Positions 52,290 through 64,000 of a stretch of 64,000 bases of DNA are shown here, in pieces. This stretch comes from Lingula anatina. Lineage: Eukaryota > Animalia > Brachiopoda. Within the stretch, counting starts at the first letter, position 1. Every line of letters starts with the position of its first letter. The stretch lies in contig CM120648.1 of the NCBI GenBank assembly GCA_051362555.1, positions 14,442,587 through 14,506,586 of the forward strand, given 5' to 3'. The notes under the pieces were generated by a model, which worked only from the letters and a program-made list of their open reading frames with translations, did not search any database and was not told the DNA's origin. The position numbers were made by a program, and so were the translations under genes.

Positions 52290-55200
52290 GGTCTTTGCCA
52301 AAAAAAAGTTCAGGTTTTCTTTCCGGACCCCACTAGCATCCCTGTATTACACAAACAAACTCAAATCGTAATATTTCTTGTTTCATTTTAGACTGACTGA
52401 TATGTTATGAAATCGTAAAATTTGTATTCGGTAATTCTACCTCTTGTCGAACAAATTGCTAATGAACACCACTTCTACTACACACGGTCAACTGATAACC
52501 TTATCACAGATATTTATTGTTGTTAAGCATCATTTGTACAAATTTCACAACTATTGGAGTAGATTTGTCAAAATTATTAGCGTTTAACTATTTTATGTCA
52601 TGGAATTTGCCAGTCTTTTCAATGTAATTTTCAGTTTTCTAAAATATATCGTCCAAAAAAGTAGTTTTTAGTGTACACAGTCAACTGATAACCTTATCAC
52701 TGATTTTTATAATTGTTCAGCATCATATGTTTAAATTTCACCAATGTTGGACTAGATTTGTCAAAATTATTAACGTTTAACTATTTTATGTCATGGAATT
52801 TGCCAGTCTTTTCAATGTAATTTTCAGTTTTCTAAAATGTATCGTCCAAAAAAATAGTTTTTAGTGGACACAGTCAACTGATAACCTTATCACTGATTTC
52901 TATAATTGTTCAGCATCATATGTTTAAATTTCACCAATCTTGGAGTAGATTTGTCAAAATTATTAGCGTTTAACTATTTTATGTCATGGAATTTGCCAGT
53001 CTTTTCAATGTAATTTTCAGTTTTCTAAAATATATTGTCCAAAAAAATAGTTTTAAGTGGACACAGTCAACTGATAACCTTATCACTGATTTCTATAATT
53101 GTTCAGCATCATATGTTTAAATTTCACCAATGTTGGACTAGATTTGTCAAAATTATTAACGTTTAACTATTTTATGTCATGGAATTTGCCAGTCTTTTCA
53201 ATGTAATTTTCAGTTTTCTAAAATATATCGTCCAAAAAAATAGTTTTTAGTGGACACAGTCAAATGATAACCTTATCACTGATTTTTATAATTGTTCAGC
53301 ATCATATGTTTAAATTTCACCAATGTTGGACTAGATTTGTCAAAATTATTAGCGTTTAACTATTTTATGTCATGGAATTTGCCAGTCTTTTAAATGTAAT
53401 TTTCAGTTTTCTAAAATATATCGTCCAAAAAAATCGTTTTAAGTGGACACAGTCAACTGATAAGCTTATCACTGATTTTTATAATTGTTCAGCATCAAAT
53501 ATTTAAATTTCACCAATGTTGGACTAGATTTGTCAAAATTATTAACGTTTAACTATTTTATGTCTTCGAATTTGTCAGTCTTTTCAATGTTATTTTCAGT
53601 TTTCTAAAATATATCATCCATTAAAAATCGTTTTAAGTGGACACAGTCAACTGATAAGCTTCTCACTGATTTTTATAATTGTTCAGCATCATATGTTTAA
53701 ATTTCACCAATGTTGGACCAGATTTGTCAAAATTATTAGCGTTTAACTATTTTATGTCATGGAATTTGCCAGTCTTTTCAATGTAATTTTCAGTTTTCTA
53801 AAATGTATCGTCCAAAAAAATAGTTTTTAGTGGACACAGTCAACTGATAACCTTATCACTGATTTCTATAATTGTTCAGCATCATATGTTTAAATTTCAC
53901 CAATGTTGGACTAGATTTGTGAAAATTATTAGCGTTTAACTATTTTATGTCATGGAATTTGCCAGTCTTTTCAATGTAATTTTCAGTTTTCTAAAATATA
54001 TTGTCCAAAAAAATAGTTTTAAGTGGACACAGTCAACTGATAACCTTATCACTGATTTCTATAATTGTTCAGCATCATATGTTTAAATTTCACCAATGTT
54101 GGACTAGATTTGTCAAAATTATTAACGTTTAACTATTTTATGTCATGGAATTTGCCAGTCTTTTCAATGTAATTTTCAGTTTTCTAAAATATATCGTCCA
54201 AAAAAATAGTTTTTAGTGGACACAGTCAAATGATAACCTTATCACTGATTTTTATAATTGTTCAGCATCATATGTTTAAATTTCACCAATGTTGGACTAG
54301 ATTTGTCAAAATTATTAGCGTTTAACTATTTTATGTCATGGAATTTGCCAGTCTTTTCAATGTAATTTTCAGTTTTCTAAAATATATCGTCCAAAAAATA
54401 GTTTTTAGTGGACACAGTCAACTGATAACCTTATCAATGATTTTTATAATTGTTCAGCATCATATGTTTAAATTTCACCAATGTTGGACTAGATTTGTCA
54501 AAATTATTAACGTTTAACTATTTTATGTCTTCGAATTTGTCAGTCTTTTCAATGTTATTTTCAGTTTTCTAAAATATATATGTTCAGACAAAATCTTTTT
54601 TATTTTGCACAATCACCTGCTAAGCTTATCACAGATTTTTATTGTTGTTCAGCATCATTTGCACAAATTTCAGCATTATTGGACTAGATTTGTCAAAATT
54701 ATTAGCGTTGAACTATTTGATATATTGCTCATTTCCAGGTGACCCTTTCCATACAGTGTGGTGGCTTCTTGGTGAACTGACTCTTCCTCTCTGGACTCAG
54801 CTAATTCCTATGGAAAAAGCAGTCACTGAAAGACAGTAGCAAGAGCAGCGCTATGTCTCATCCATGTGTAGAATATATTGTATGAGGCAAGATTTAGGAC
54901 ATTGTCAAATGTTGTGCTAAACCTGATTCCAAAAACCCACTGTAAGGAGGAATCTGCATCTGGTATTGGTAGTATGTAGAAGTCTTGAATGGGTATGTAT
55001 TGTTTTCCAGATGATATATATGGGTAATTTGGCACCTCTTACACAAACTCAATTCGTAATATTTCTTGTTTCATTTTAGACTGAATGATATGTTGTGAAA
55101 TCGTAAAATATGTTTTCGGTAATTTTCAGTTTTCTAAAATATATTGTCCAAAAAAATAGTTTTAAGTGGACACAGTCAACTGATAACCTTATCACTGATT

Positions 55201-55809
55201 TCTATAATTGTTCAGCATCATATGTTTAAATTTCACCAATGTTGGACTAGATTTGTCAAAATTATTAACGTTTAACTATTTTATGTCATGGAATTTGCCA
55301 GTCTTTTCAATGTAATTTTCAGTTTTCTAAAATATATCGTCCAAAAAAATAGTTTTTAGTGGACACAGTCAAATGATAACCTTATCACTGATTTTTATAA
55401 TTGTTCAGCATCATATGTTTAAATTTCACCAATGTTGGACTAGATTTGTCAAAATTATTAGCGTTTAACTATTTTATGTCATGGAATTTGCCAGTCTTTT
55501 AAATGTAATTTTCAGTTTTCTAAAATATATCGTCCAAAAAAATCGTTTTAAGTGGACACAGTCAACTGATAAGCTTATCACTGATTTTTATAATTGTTCA
55601 GCATCAAATATTTAAATTTCACCAATGTTGGACTAGATTTGTCAAAATTATTAACGTTTAACTATTTTATGTCTTCGAATTTGTCAGTCTTTTCAATGTT
55701 ATTTTCAGTTTTCTAAAATATATCATCCATTAAAAATCGTTTTAAGTGGACACAGTCAACTGATAAGCTTCTCACTGATTTTTATATATGTTCAGCATCA
55801 TATGTTTAA

Positions 55810-58800
55810 ATTTCACAAATATTGGACTAGATTTGTCAAAATTATTAACGTTTAACTATTTGATATATTGCTCATTTCCATGTGACCCTTTTCATAGAGT
55901 GTGGTGGCCTCTTGGTGAACACACTCTTCCTCTCTGGACACGGCTAATTCCTATGGAAAAAGCAAGCATTGAAAGTCAATAGCGGGACAGCGCTATGTCT
56001 CATCCATTTGTAGAATATATTGTATGAGGCAAGATTTAGGACATTGTCTAATGTTGTGCTAAACCTGATTCCAGAAATCCACTGTAAGGAGGAATCTGCA
56101 TCTGGTATTGGTAGTATGTCTTGAATGGGTATGTATTGTTTTCCAGATGATATATATGGGTAATTTGGCACCCCTTACACAAACAAACTCAAATCGTAAT
56201 GTTTCTTGTTTCATTTTAGACTGACTGATATGTTGTGAAATCGTAAAATTTGTTTTCGGTAATTCTACCTCTTGTCGAAGAAATTGCTAATGAACACCAC
56301 TTCTACTACACACGGTCAACTGATAAGCTTATCACAGATATTTGTTGTTGTTAAGCATCATTTGTACAAATTTCACAAATATTGGAGTAGATTTGTCAAA
56401 ATTATTAGCGTTTAACTATTTTATGTCATGGAATTTGCCAGTCTTTTCAATGTAATTTTCAGTTTTCTAAAATATATCGTCCAAAAAAATAGTTTTTAGT
56501 GGACACAGTCAACTGATAACCTTATCACTGATTTTTAAAATTGTTCAGCATCATATGTTTAAATTTCACCAATGTTGGACTAGATTTGTCAAAATTATTA
56601 GTGTTTAACTATTTTATGTCATGGAATTTGCCAGTCTTTTCAATGTAATTTTCAGTTTTCTAAAATATATCGTCCAAAAAAATAGTTTTTAGTGGACACA
56701 GTCAACTGATAAGCTTCTCACTGATTTTTATAATTGTTCAGCATCATATGTTTAAATTTCACCATTATTAGACTAGATTTGTCAAAGTGATTAACGTTTA
56801 ACTATTTTATGTCTTGGAATTAGTCAGCCTTTTCAATGTTATTTTCAGTTTTCTAAAATATATCATCCATTAAAAATCGTTTTAAGTGGACACAGTCAAC
56901 TGATAAGCTTCTCACTGATTTTTATATATGTTCAGCATCATATGTTTAAATTTCACCATTATTGGACTAGATTTGTTAAAGTTATTAACGTTTAACTATT
57001 TTATGTCTTGGAATTAGTCAGCCTTTTCAATGTTATTTTCAGTTTTCTCAAATATATATGTTCAGACAAAATCTTTTTTATTTTACACAGTCAACTGCTA
57101 AGCTTATCACAGATTTTTATTGTTGTTCAGCATCATTTGCACAAATTTCAACATTATTGGACTAGATTTGTCAAAATTATTAGCGTTTAACTATTTTATG
57201 TCTTGGAATTTGCCAGTCTTTTCAATGTAATTTTCAGTTTTCTAAAATATATCGTCCAAAAAAAATCGTTTTTAGTGGACACAGTCAACTGATACCCTTA
57301 TCACTGATTTTTATTATTGTTCAGCATCATTTGTCCAAATTTCACAAATATTGGACTAGATTTGTCAAAATTATTAACGTTTAACTATTTGATATATTGC
57401 TCATTTCCATGTGACCCTTTTCATAGAGTGTGGTGGCCTCTTGGTGAACACACTCTTCCTCTCTGGACACGGCTAATTCCTATGGAAAAAGCAAGCATTG
57501 AAAGTCAATAGCGGGACAGCGCTATGTCTCATCCATTTGTAGAATATATTGTATGAGGCAAGATTTAGGACATTGTCAAATGTTGTGCTAAACCTGATTC
57601 CAGAAATCCACTGTAAGGAGGAATCTGCATCTGGTATTGGTAGTATGTCTTGAATGGGTATGTATTGTTTTCCAGATGATATATATGGGTAATTTGGCAC
57701 CCCTTACACAAACAAACTCAAATCGTAATGTTTCTTGTTTCATTTTAGACTGACTGATATGTTGTGAAATCGTAAAATTTGTTTTCGGTAATTCTACCTC
57801 TTGTCGAAGAAATTGCTAATGAACACCACTTCTACTACACACGGTCAACTGATAAGCTTATCACAGATATTTGTTGTTGTTAAGCATCATTTGTACAAAT
57901 TTCACAAATATTGGAGTAGATTTGTCAAAATTATTAGCGTTTAACTATTTTATGTCATGGAATTTGCCAGTCTTTTCAATGTAATTTTCAGTTTTCTAAA
58001 ATATATCGTCCAAAAAAATAGTTTTTAGTGGACACAGTCAACTGATAACCTTATCACTGATTTTTAAAATTGTTCAGCATCATATGTTTAAATTTCACCA
58101 ATGTTGGACTAGATTTGTCAAAATTATTAGTGTTTAACTATTTTATGTCATGGAATTTGCCAGTCTTTTCAATGTAATTTTCAGTTTTCTAAAATATATC
58201 GTCCAAAAAAATAGTTTTTAGTGGACACAGTCAACTGATAAGCTTCTCACTGATTTTTATAATTGTTCAGCATCATATGTTTAAATTTCACCATTATTGG
58301 ACTAGATTTGTCAAAGTGATTAACGTTTAACTATTTTATGTCTTGGAATTAGTCAGCCTTTTCAATGTTATTTTCAGTTTTCTAAAATATATCATCCATT
58401 AAAAATCGTTTTAAGTGGACACAGTCAACTGATAAGCTTCTCACTGATTTTTATATATGTTCAGCATCATATGTTTAAATTTCACCATTATTGGACTAGA
58501 TTTGTTAAAGTTATTAACGTTTAACTATTTTATGTCTTGGAATTAGTCAGCCTTTTCAATGTTATTTTCAGTTTTCTCAAATATATATGTTCAGACAAAA
58601 TCTTTTTTATTTTACACAGTCAACTGCTAAGCTTATCACAGATTTTTATTGTTGTTCAGCATCATTTGCACAAATTTCAACATTATTGGACTAGATTTGT
58701 CAAAATTATTAGCGTTTAACTATTTTATGTCTTGGAATTTGCCAGTCTTTTCAATGTAATTTTCAGTTTTCTAAAATATATCGTCCAAAAAAAATCGTTT

Positions 58801-58900
58801 TTAGTGGACACAGTCAACTGATACCCTTATCACTGATTTTTATTATTGTTCAGCATCATTTGTCCAAATTTCACAAATATTGGACTAGATTTGTCAAAAT
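55810..58900. repeat. Higher-order tandem duplication, period 1529 bp (boundaries approximate)
   Basis: ORFs 55788/57317 and 57008/58537 are offset by 1529. Confidence 0.8.
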
Positions 58901-61900
58901 TATTAATGTTTAACTATTTGATATATTGCTCATTTCCAGGTGACCCTTTCCATAAAGTGTGGTGGCCTCTTGGTGAACAGACTCTTCCTCTCTGGACACG
59001 GCTAATTCCCATGGAAAAAGCAAGCATTGAAAGTCAGTAGCGGGACAGCGCTATGTCTCATCCATTTGTAGAATATATTGTATGAGGCAAGATTTAGGAC
59101 ATTGTCAAATGTTGTGCTAAACCTGATTCCAGAAATCCACTGTAAGGAGGAATCTGCATCTGGTATTGGTAGTATGTAGAAGTCTTGAATGGGTATGTAT
59201 TGTTCTCCAGATGATATATATGGGTAATTTGGCACCTATTACACAAACAAACTCAAATCGTAATATTTCTTGTTTCATTTTAGACTGACTGATATGTTAT
59301 GAAATCGTAAAATTTGTATTCGGTAATTCTACCTCTTGTCGAACAAATTGCTAATGAACACCACTTCTACTACACACGGTCAACTGATAACCTTATCACA
59401 GATATTTATTGTTGTTAAGCATCATTTGTACAAATTTCACAACTATTGGAGTAGATTTGTCAAAATTATTAGCATTTAACTATTTTATGTCATGGAATTT
59501 GCCAGTCTTTTCAATGTAATTTTCAGTTTTCTAAAATATATCGTCCAAAAAAGTAGTTTTTAGTGGACACAGTCAACTGATAACCTTATCACTGATTTTT
59601 ATAATTGTTCAGCATCATATGTTTAAATTTCACCAATGTTGGACTAGATTTGTCAAAATTATTAACGTTTAACTATTTTATGTCATGGAATTTGCCAGTC
59701 TTTTCAATGTAATTTTCAGTTTTCTAAAATATATCGTCCAAAAAAATAGTTTTTAGTGGACACAGTCAACTGATAACCTTATCACTGATTTTTATAATTG
59801 TTCAGCATCATATGTTTAAATTTCACCAATGTTGGACTAGATTTGTCAAAGTGATTAACGTTTAACTATTTTATGTCTTGGAATTAGTCAGCCTTTTCAA
59901 TGTTATTTTCAGTTTTCTAAAATATGTCATCCATTAAAAATCGTTTTAAGTGGACACAGTCAACTGATAAGCTTTTCACTGATTTTTATAATTGTTCAGC
60001 ATCATATGTTTAAATTTCACCATTATTGGACTACATTTGTCAAAGTTATTAACGTTTAACTATTTTATGTCTTGGAATTAGTCAGCCTTTTCAATGTTAT
60101 TTTCAGTTTTCTCAAATATATATGTTCAGACAAAATCTTTTTTATTTTACACAGTCAACTGCTAAGCTTATCACAGATTTTTATTGTTGTTCAGCATCAT
60201 TTGCACAAATTTCACCATTATTGGACTAGATTTGTCAAAGTGATTAACGTTTAACTATTTTATGTCTTGGAATTAGTCAGCCTTTTCAATGTTATTTTCA
60301 GTTTTCTAAAATATATCATCCATTAAAAATCGTTTTTAGTGCACACAGTCAACTGATAACCTTATCACTGATTTTTATAATTGTTCAGCATCATATGTTT
60401 AAATTTCACCAATGTTGGACTAGATTTGTCAAAATTATTAGCGTTTAACTATTTTATGTCTTGGAATTTGCCAGTCTTTTCAATGTAATTTTCAGTTTTC
60501 TAAAATATATCGTCCAAAAAAAATAGTTTTTAGTGCACACAGTCAATTGATAACCTTATCACTGATTTCTATCATTGTTCAGCATCGTTTGTCCAAATTT
60601 CACAAATATTGGACTAGATTTGTCAAAATTATTAGCGTTTAACTATTTTATGTCATGGAATTTGCCAGTCTTTTCAATGTAATTTTCAGTTTTCTAAAAT
60701 ATATCGTCCAAAAAAATCGTTTTTAGTGGACACAGTCAATTGATAACCTCATCACTGATTTTTATTATTGTTCAGCATCATTTGTCCAAATTTCACAAAT
60801 ATTGGACTAGATTTGTCAAAATTATTAACGTTTAACTATTTGATATATTGCTCATTTCCAGGTGACCCTTTCCATACAGTGTGGTGGCTTCTTGGTGAAC
60901 TGACTCTTCCTCTCTGGACTCAGCTAATTCCTATGGAAAAAGCAGGCACTGAAAGACAGTAGCAAGAGCAGCGCTATGTCTCATCCATGTGTAGAATATA
61001 TTGTATGAGGCAAGATTTAGGACATTGTCAAATGTTGTGCTAAACCTGATTCCAGAAACCCACTGTAAGGAGGAATCTGCATCTGGTATTGGTAGTATTT
61101 AGAAGTTAAGAATGGGTATGTATTGTTTTCCAGATGATATATATGGGTAATTTGGCACCTCTTACACAAACAAACTCAAATCATAATATTTCTTGTTTCA
61201 TTTTAGACTGGCTGATATGTTGTGAAATCGAAAAATTTGTTTTCGGTAATTCTACCTCTTGTCGAACAAATTGCTAATGAACACCACTTCTACTACACAC
61301 GGTCAACTGTTAAGCTTATCACAGATATTTATTGTTGTTAAACATCATTTGCACAAATTTCACAAATATTGGAGTAGATTTGTCAAAATTATTAGCGTTT
61401 AACTATTTTATGTCATGGAATTTGCCAGTCTTTTCAATGTAATTTTCAGTTTTCTAAAATATATCGTCTAAAAAAATAGTTTTTAGTGGACACAGTCAAC
61501 TGATAACCTTATCACTGATTTTTATAATTGTTCAGCATCATATGTTTAAATTTCACCAATGTTGGACTAGATTTGTCAAAATTATTAGCGTTTAACTATT
61601 TTATGTCTTGGAATTTGCCAGTCTTTTCAATGTAATTTTCAGTTTTCTAAAATATATCGTCCAAAAAAAATAGTTTTTAGTGCACACAGTCAATTGATAA
61701 CCTTATCACTGATTTCTATTATTGTTCAGCATCATTTGTCCAAATTTCACAAATATTGGACTAGATTTGTCAAAATTGTTAACATTTAACTATTTTATGC
61801 CTTGGAATTTGCCAGTCTTTTCAATATAATTTTCAGTTTTCTTAAATATATTATTCGAAAAAATTGTTTTCAGAGGACTCTGTCAACTGATAACCTTATC

Positions 61901-64000
61901 AATGATTTTTATAATTGTTCAGCATCATATGTTTAAATTTCACCAATGTTGGACTAGATTTGTCAAAATTATTAGCGTTTAACTATTTTATGTCATGGAA
62001 TTTGCCAGTCTTTTCAATGTAATTTTCAGTTTTCTAAAATATATCGTCCAAAAAATAGTTTTTAGTGGACACAGTCAACTGATAACCTTATCAATGATTT
62101 TTATAATTGTTCAGCATCATATGTTTAAATTTCACCAATGTTGGACTAGATTTGTCAAAATTATTAGCGTTTAACTATTTTATGTCATGGAATTTGCCAG
62201 TCTTTTCAATGTAATTTTCAGTTTTCTAAAATATATCGTCCAAAAAAATAGTTTTTAGTGGACACAGTCAACTGATAACCTTATCACTGATTTTTAAAAT
62301 TGTTCAGCATCATATGTTTAAATTTCACCAATGTTGGACTAGATTTGTCAAAATTATTAGTGTTTAACTATTTTATGTCATGGAATTTGCCAGTCTTTTC
62401 AATGTAATTTTCAGTTTTCTAAAATATATCGTCCAAAAAAATAGTTTTTAGTGGACACAGTCAACTGATAACCTTATCACTGATTTTTATAATTGTTCAG
62501 CATCATATGTTTAAATTTCACCAATGTTGGACTAGATTTGTCAAAATTATTAGCGTTTAACTATTTTATGTCATGGAATTTGCCAGTCTTTTAAATGTAA
62601 TTTTCAGTTTTCTAAAATATATCGTCCAAAAAAATCGTTTTTAGTGGACACAGTCAACTGATAAGCTTCTCACTGATTTTTATAATTGTTCAGCATCATA
62701 TGTTTAAATTTCACCATTATTGGACTAGATTTGTCAAAGTGATTAACGTTTAACTATTTTATGTCTTGGAATTAGTCAGCCTTTTCAATGTTATTTTCAG
62801 TTTTCTAAAATATATCATCCATTAAAAATCGTTTTAAGTGGACACAGTCAACTGATAAGCTTCTCACTGATTTTTATATATGTTCAGCATCATATGTTTA
62901 AATTTCACCATTATTGGACTAGATTTGTTAAAGTTATTAACGTTTAACTATTTTATGTCTTGGAATTAGTCAGCCTTTTCAATGTTATTTTCAGTTTTCT
63001 CAAATATATATGTTCAGACAAAATCTTTTTTATTTTACACAGTCAACTGCTAAGCTTATCACAGATTTTTATTGTTGTTCAGCATCATTTGCACAAATTT
63101 CAACATTATTGGACTAGATTTGTCAAAATTATTAGCGTTTAACTATTTTATGTCTTGGAATTTGCCAGTCTTTTCAATGTAATTTTCAGTTTTCTAAAAT
63201 ATATCGTCCAAAAAAAATCGTTTTTAGTGGACACAGTCAACTGATACCCTTATCACTGATTTTTATTATTGTTCAGCATCATTTGTCCAAATTTCACAAA
63301 TATTGGACTAGATTTGTCAAAATTATTAATGTTTAACTATTTGATATATTGCTCATTTCCAGGTGACCCTTTCCATAAAGTGTGGTGGCCTCTTGGTGAA
63401 CAGACTCTTCCTCTCTGGACACGGCTAATTCCCATGGAAAAAGCAAGCATTGAAAGTCAGTAGCGGGACAGCGCTATGTCTCATCCATTTGTAGAATATA
63501 TTGTATGAGGCAAGATTTAGGACATTGTCAAATGTTGTGCTAAACCTGATTCCAGAAATCCACTGTAAGGAGGAATCTGCATCTGGTATTGGTAGTATGT
63601 AGAAGTCTTGAATGGGTATGTATTGTTCTCCAGATGATATATATGGGTAATTTGGCACCTATTACACAAACAAACTCAAATCGTAATATTTCTTGTTTCA
63701 TTTTAGACTGACTGATATGTTATGAAATCGTAAAATTTGTATTCGGTAATTCTACCTCTTGTCGAACAAATTGCTAATGAACACCACTTCTACTACACAC
63801 GGTCAACTGATAACCTTATCACAGATATTTATTGTTGTTAAGCATCATTTGTACAAATTTCACAACTATTGGAGTAGATTTGTCAAAATTATTAGCGTTT
63901 AACTATTTTATGTCATGGAATTTGCCAGTCTTTTCAATGTAATTTTCAGTTTTCTAAAATATATCGTCCAAAAAAGTAGTTTTTAGTGGACACAGTCAAC

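Larger units (their letters stand above)
51507..52344 (+). mobile_element. 838-bp non-autonomous (internally deleted) hAT-like DNA transposon
   Basis: Perfect 13-bp TIRs CAGGGATGCTAGT (51507-51519) and ACTAGCATCCCTG (52332-52344). TSD TATTAC at 51501-51506 and 52345-52350. The empty site CACCTATTACACAAAC is seen in sister cassettes (e.g. 26981, 44404, 59234). Subterminal CCGG motifs are clustered. CAGGG termini and a zinc-finger ORF are typical of hAT elements (established knowledge). Confidence 0.88.
41400..52600. repeat. Two-cassette higher-order repeat, 3 copies, periods 3643 and 3450 bp (differing by exactly one monomer; boundaries approximate)
   Basis: ORFs 42294/45937/49387 and 43708/47351/50801. 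3643-3450=193. Confidence 0.85.
1788..64000. repeat. Composite macrosatellite: runs of 193-bp monomer interrupted by a ~372-bp cassette (runs off the right edge)
   Basis: Monomer GTCAACTGATAACCTTATCACTGATTTTTATAATTGTTCAGCATC...GGACTAGATTTGTCAAAATTATTAGCGTTTAACTATTTTATGTCATGGAATTTGCCAGTC...TTTTTAGTGGACACA has a period of 193 (e.g. GTCAAC at 43208 and 43401). Length variants of 192-195 come mostly from the A-tract. All copies are head-to-tail. Roughly 240 monomer equivalents, estimated from length. Confidence 0.97.

Noticed and set aside
51512-52301. Other ORFs overlapping the transposon (51512, 51549, 51653, 51753, 51934, 52098)
   Set aside because: They are alternative or antisense frames of the zinc-finger ORF and termini. 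The poly-Gly comes from the C24 tract.
2723-63463. Dozens of 60-95 aa ORFs (MELVSLFNV..., MFSIICPNF..., MSWNLSAF..., MISQHISQ...) as genes
   Set aside because: They are translations of satellite monomer or cassette, mostly with TTG/GTG starts. The 193-bp period breaks frame and there are no domains.
1788-64000. CRISPR-like repeat/spacer array
   Set aside because: Repeats are 193 bp, the intervening cassettes are near-identical rather than unique, no cas genes are present, and the context is eukaryotic.

Overview
Eukaryotic (probably invertebrate animal, inferred) heterochromatin-like window with no intact host gene. It has four parts. (1) 1-923: a 95-bp minisatellite whose unit contains an AG/GT-bounded 25-nt GC-rich core. 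(2) ~924-1787: a doubly truncated non-LTR (LINE) reverse-transcriptase fragment with one in-frame stop. (3) 1788-64000: a >62-kb composite macrosatellite. Runs of a 193-bp AT-rich monomer carrying a TGATAA-NN-TTATCA palindrome are punctuated by 39 copies of a conserved ~372-bp cassette, each followed by a diverged half-monomer. Unit length is ~372 + n x ~193.5 (n=2-12), and multi-kb higher-order duplications sit on top. (4) 51507-52344: one 838-bp non-autonomous hAT-like DNA transposon inside a cassette copy, with 13-bp TIRs, an unusual 6-bp TSD and a truncated zinc-finger transposase ORF. Nearly all the short ORFs in the track are repeat artefacts. The most interesting candidate is the cassette itself, whose near-invariant core could fold into four successive stems. 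This is a hypothesis from reading by eye, not a demonstrated RNA gene.
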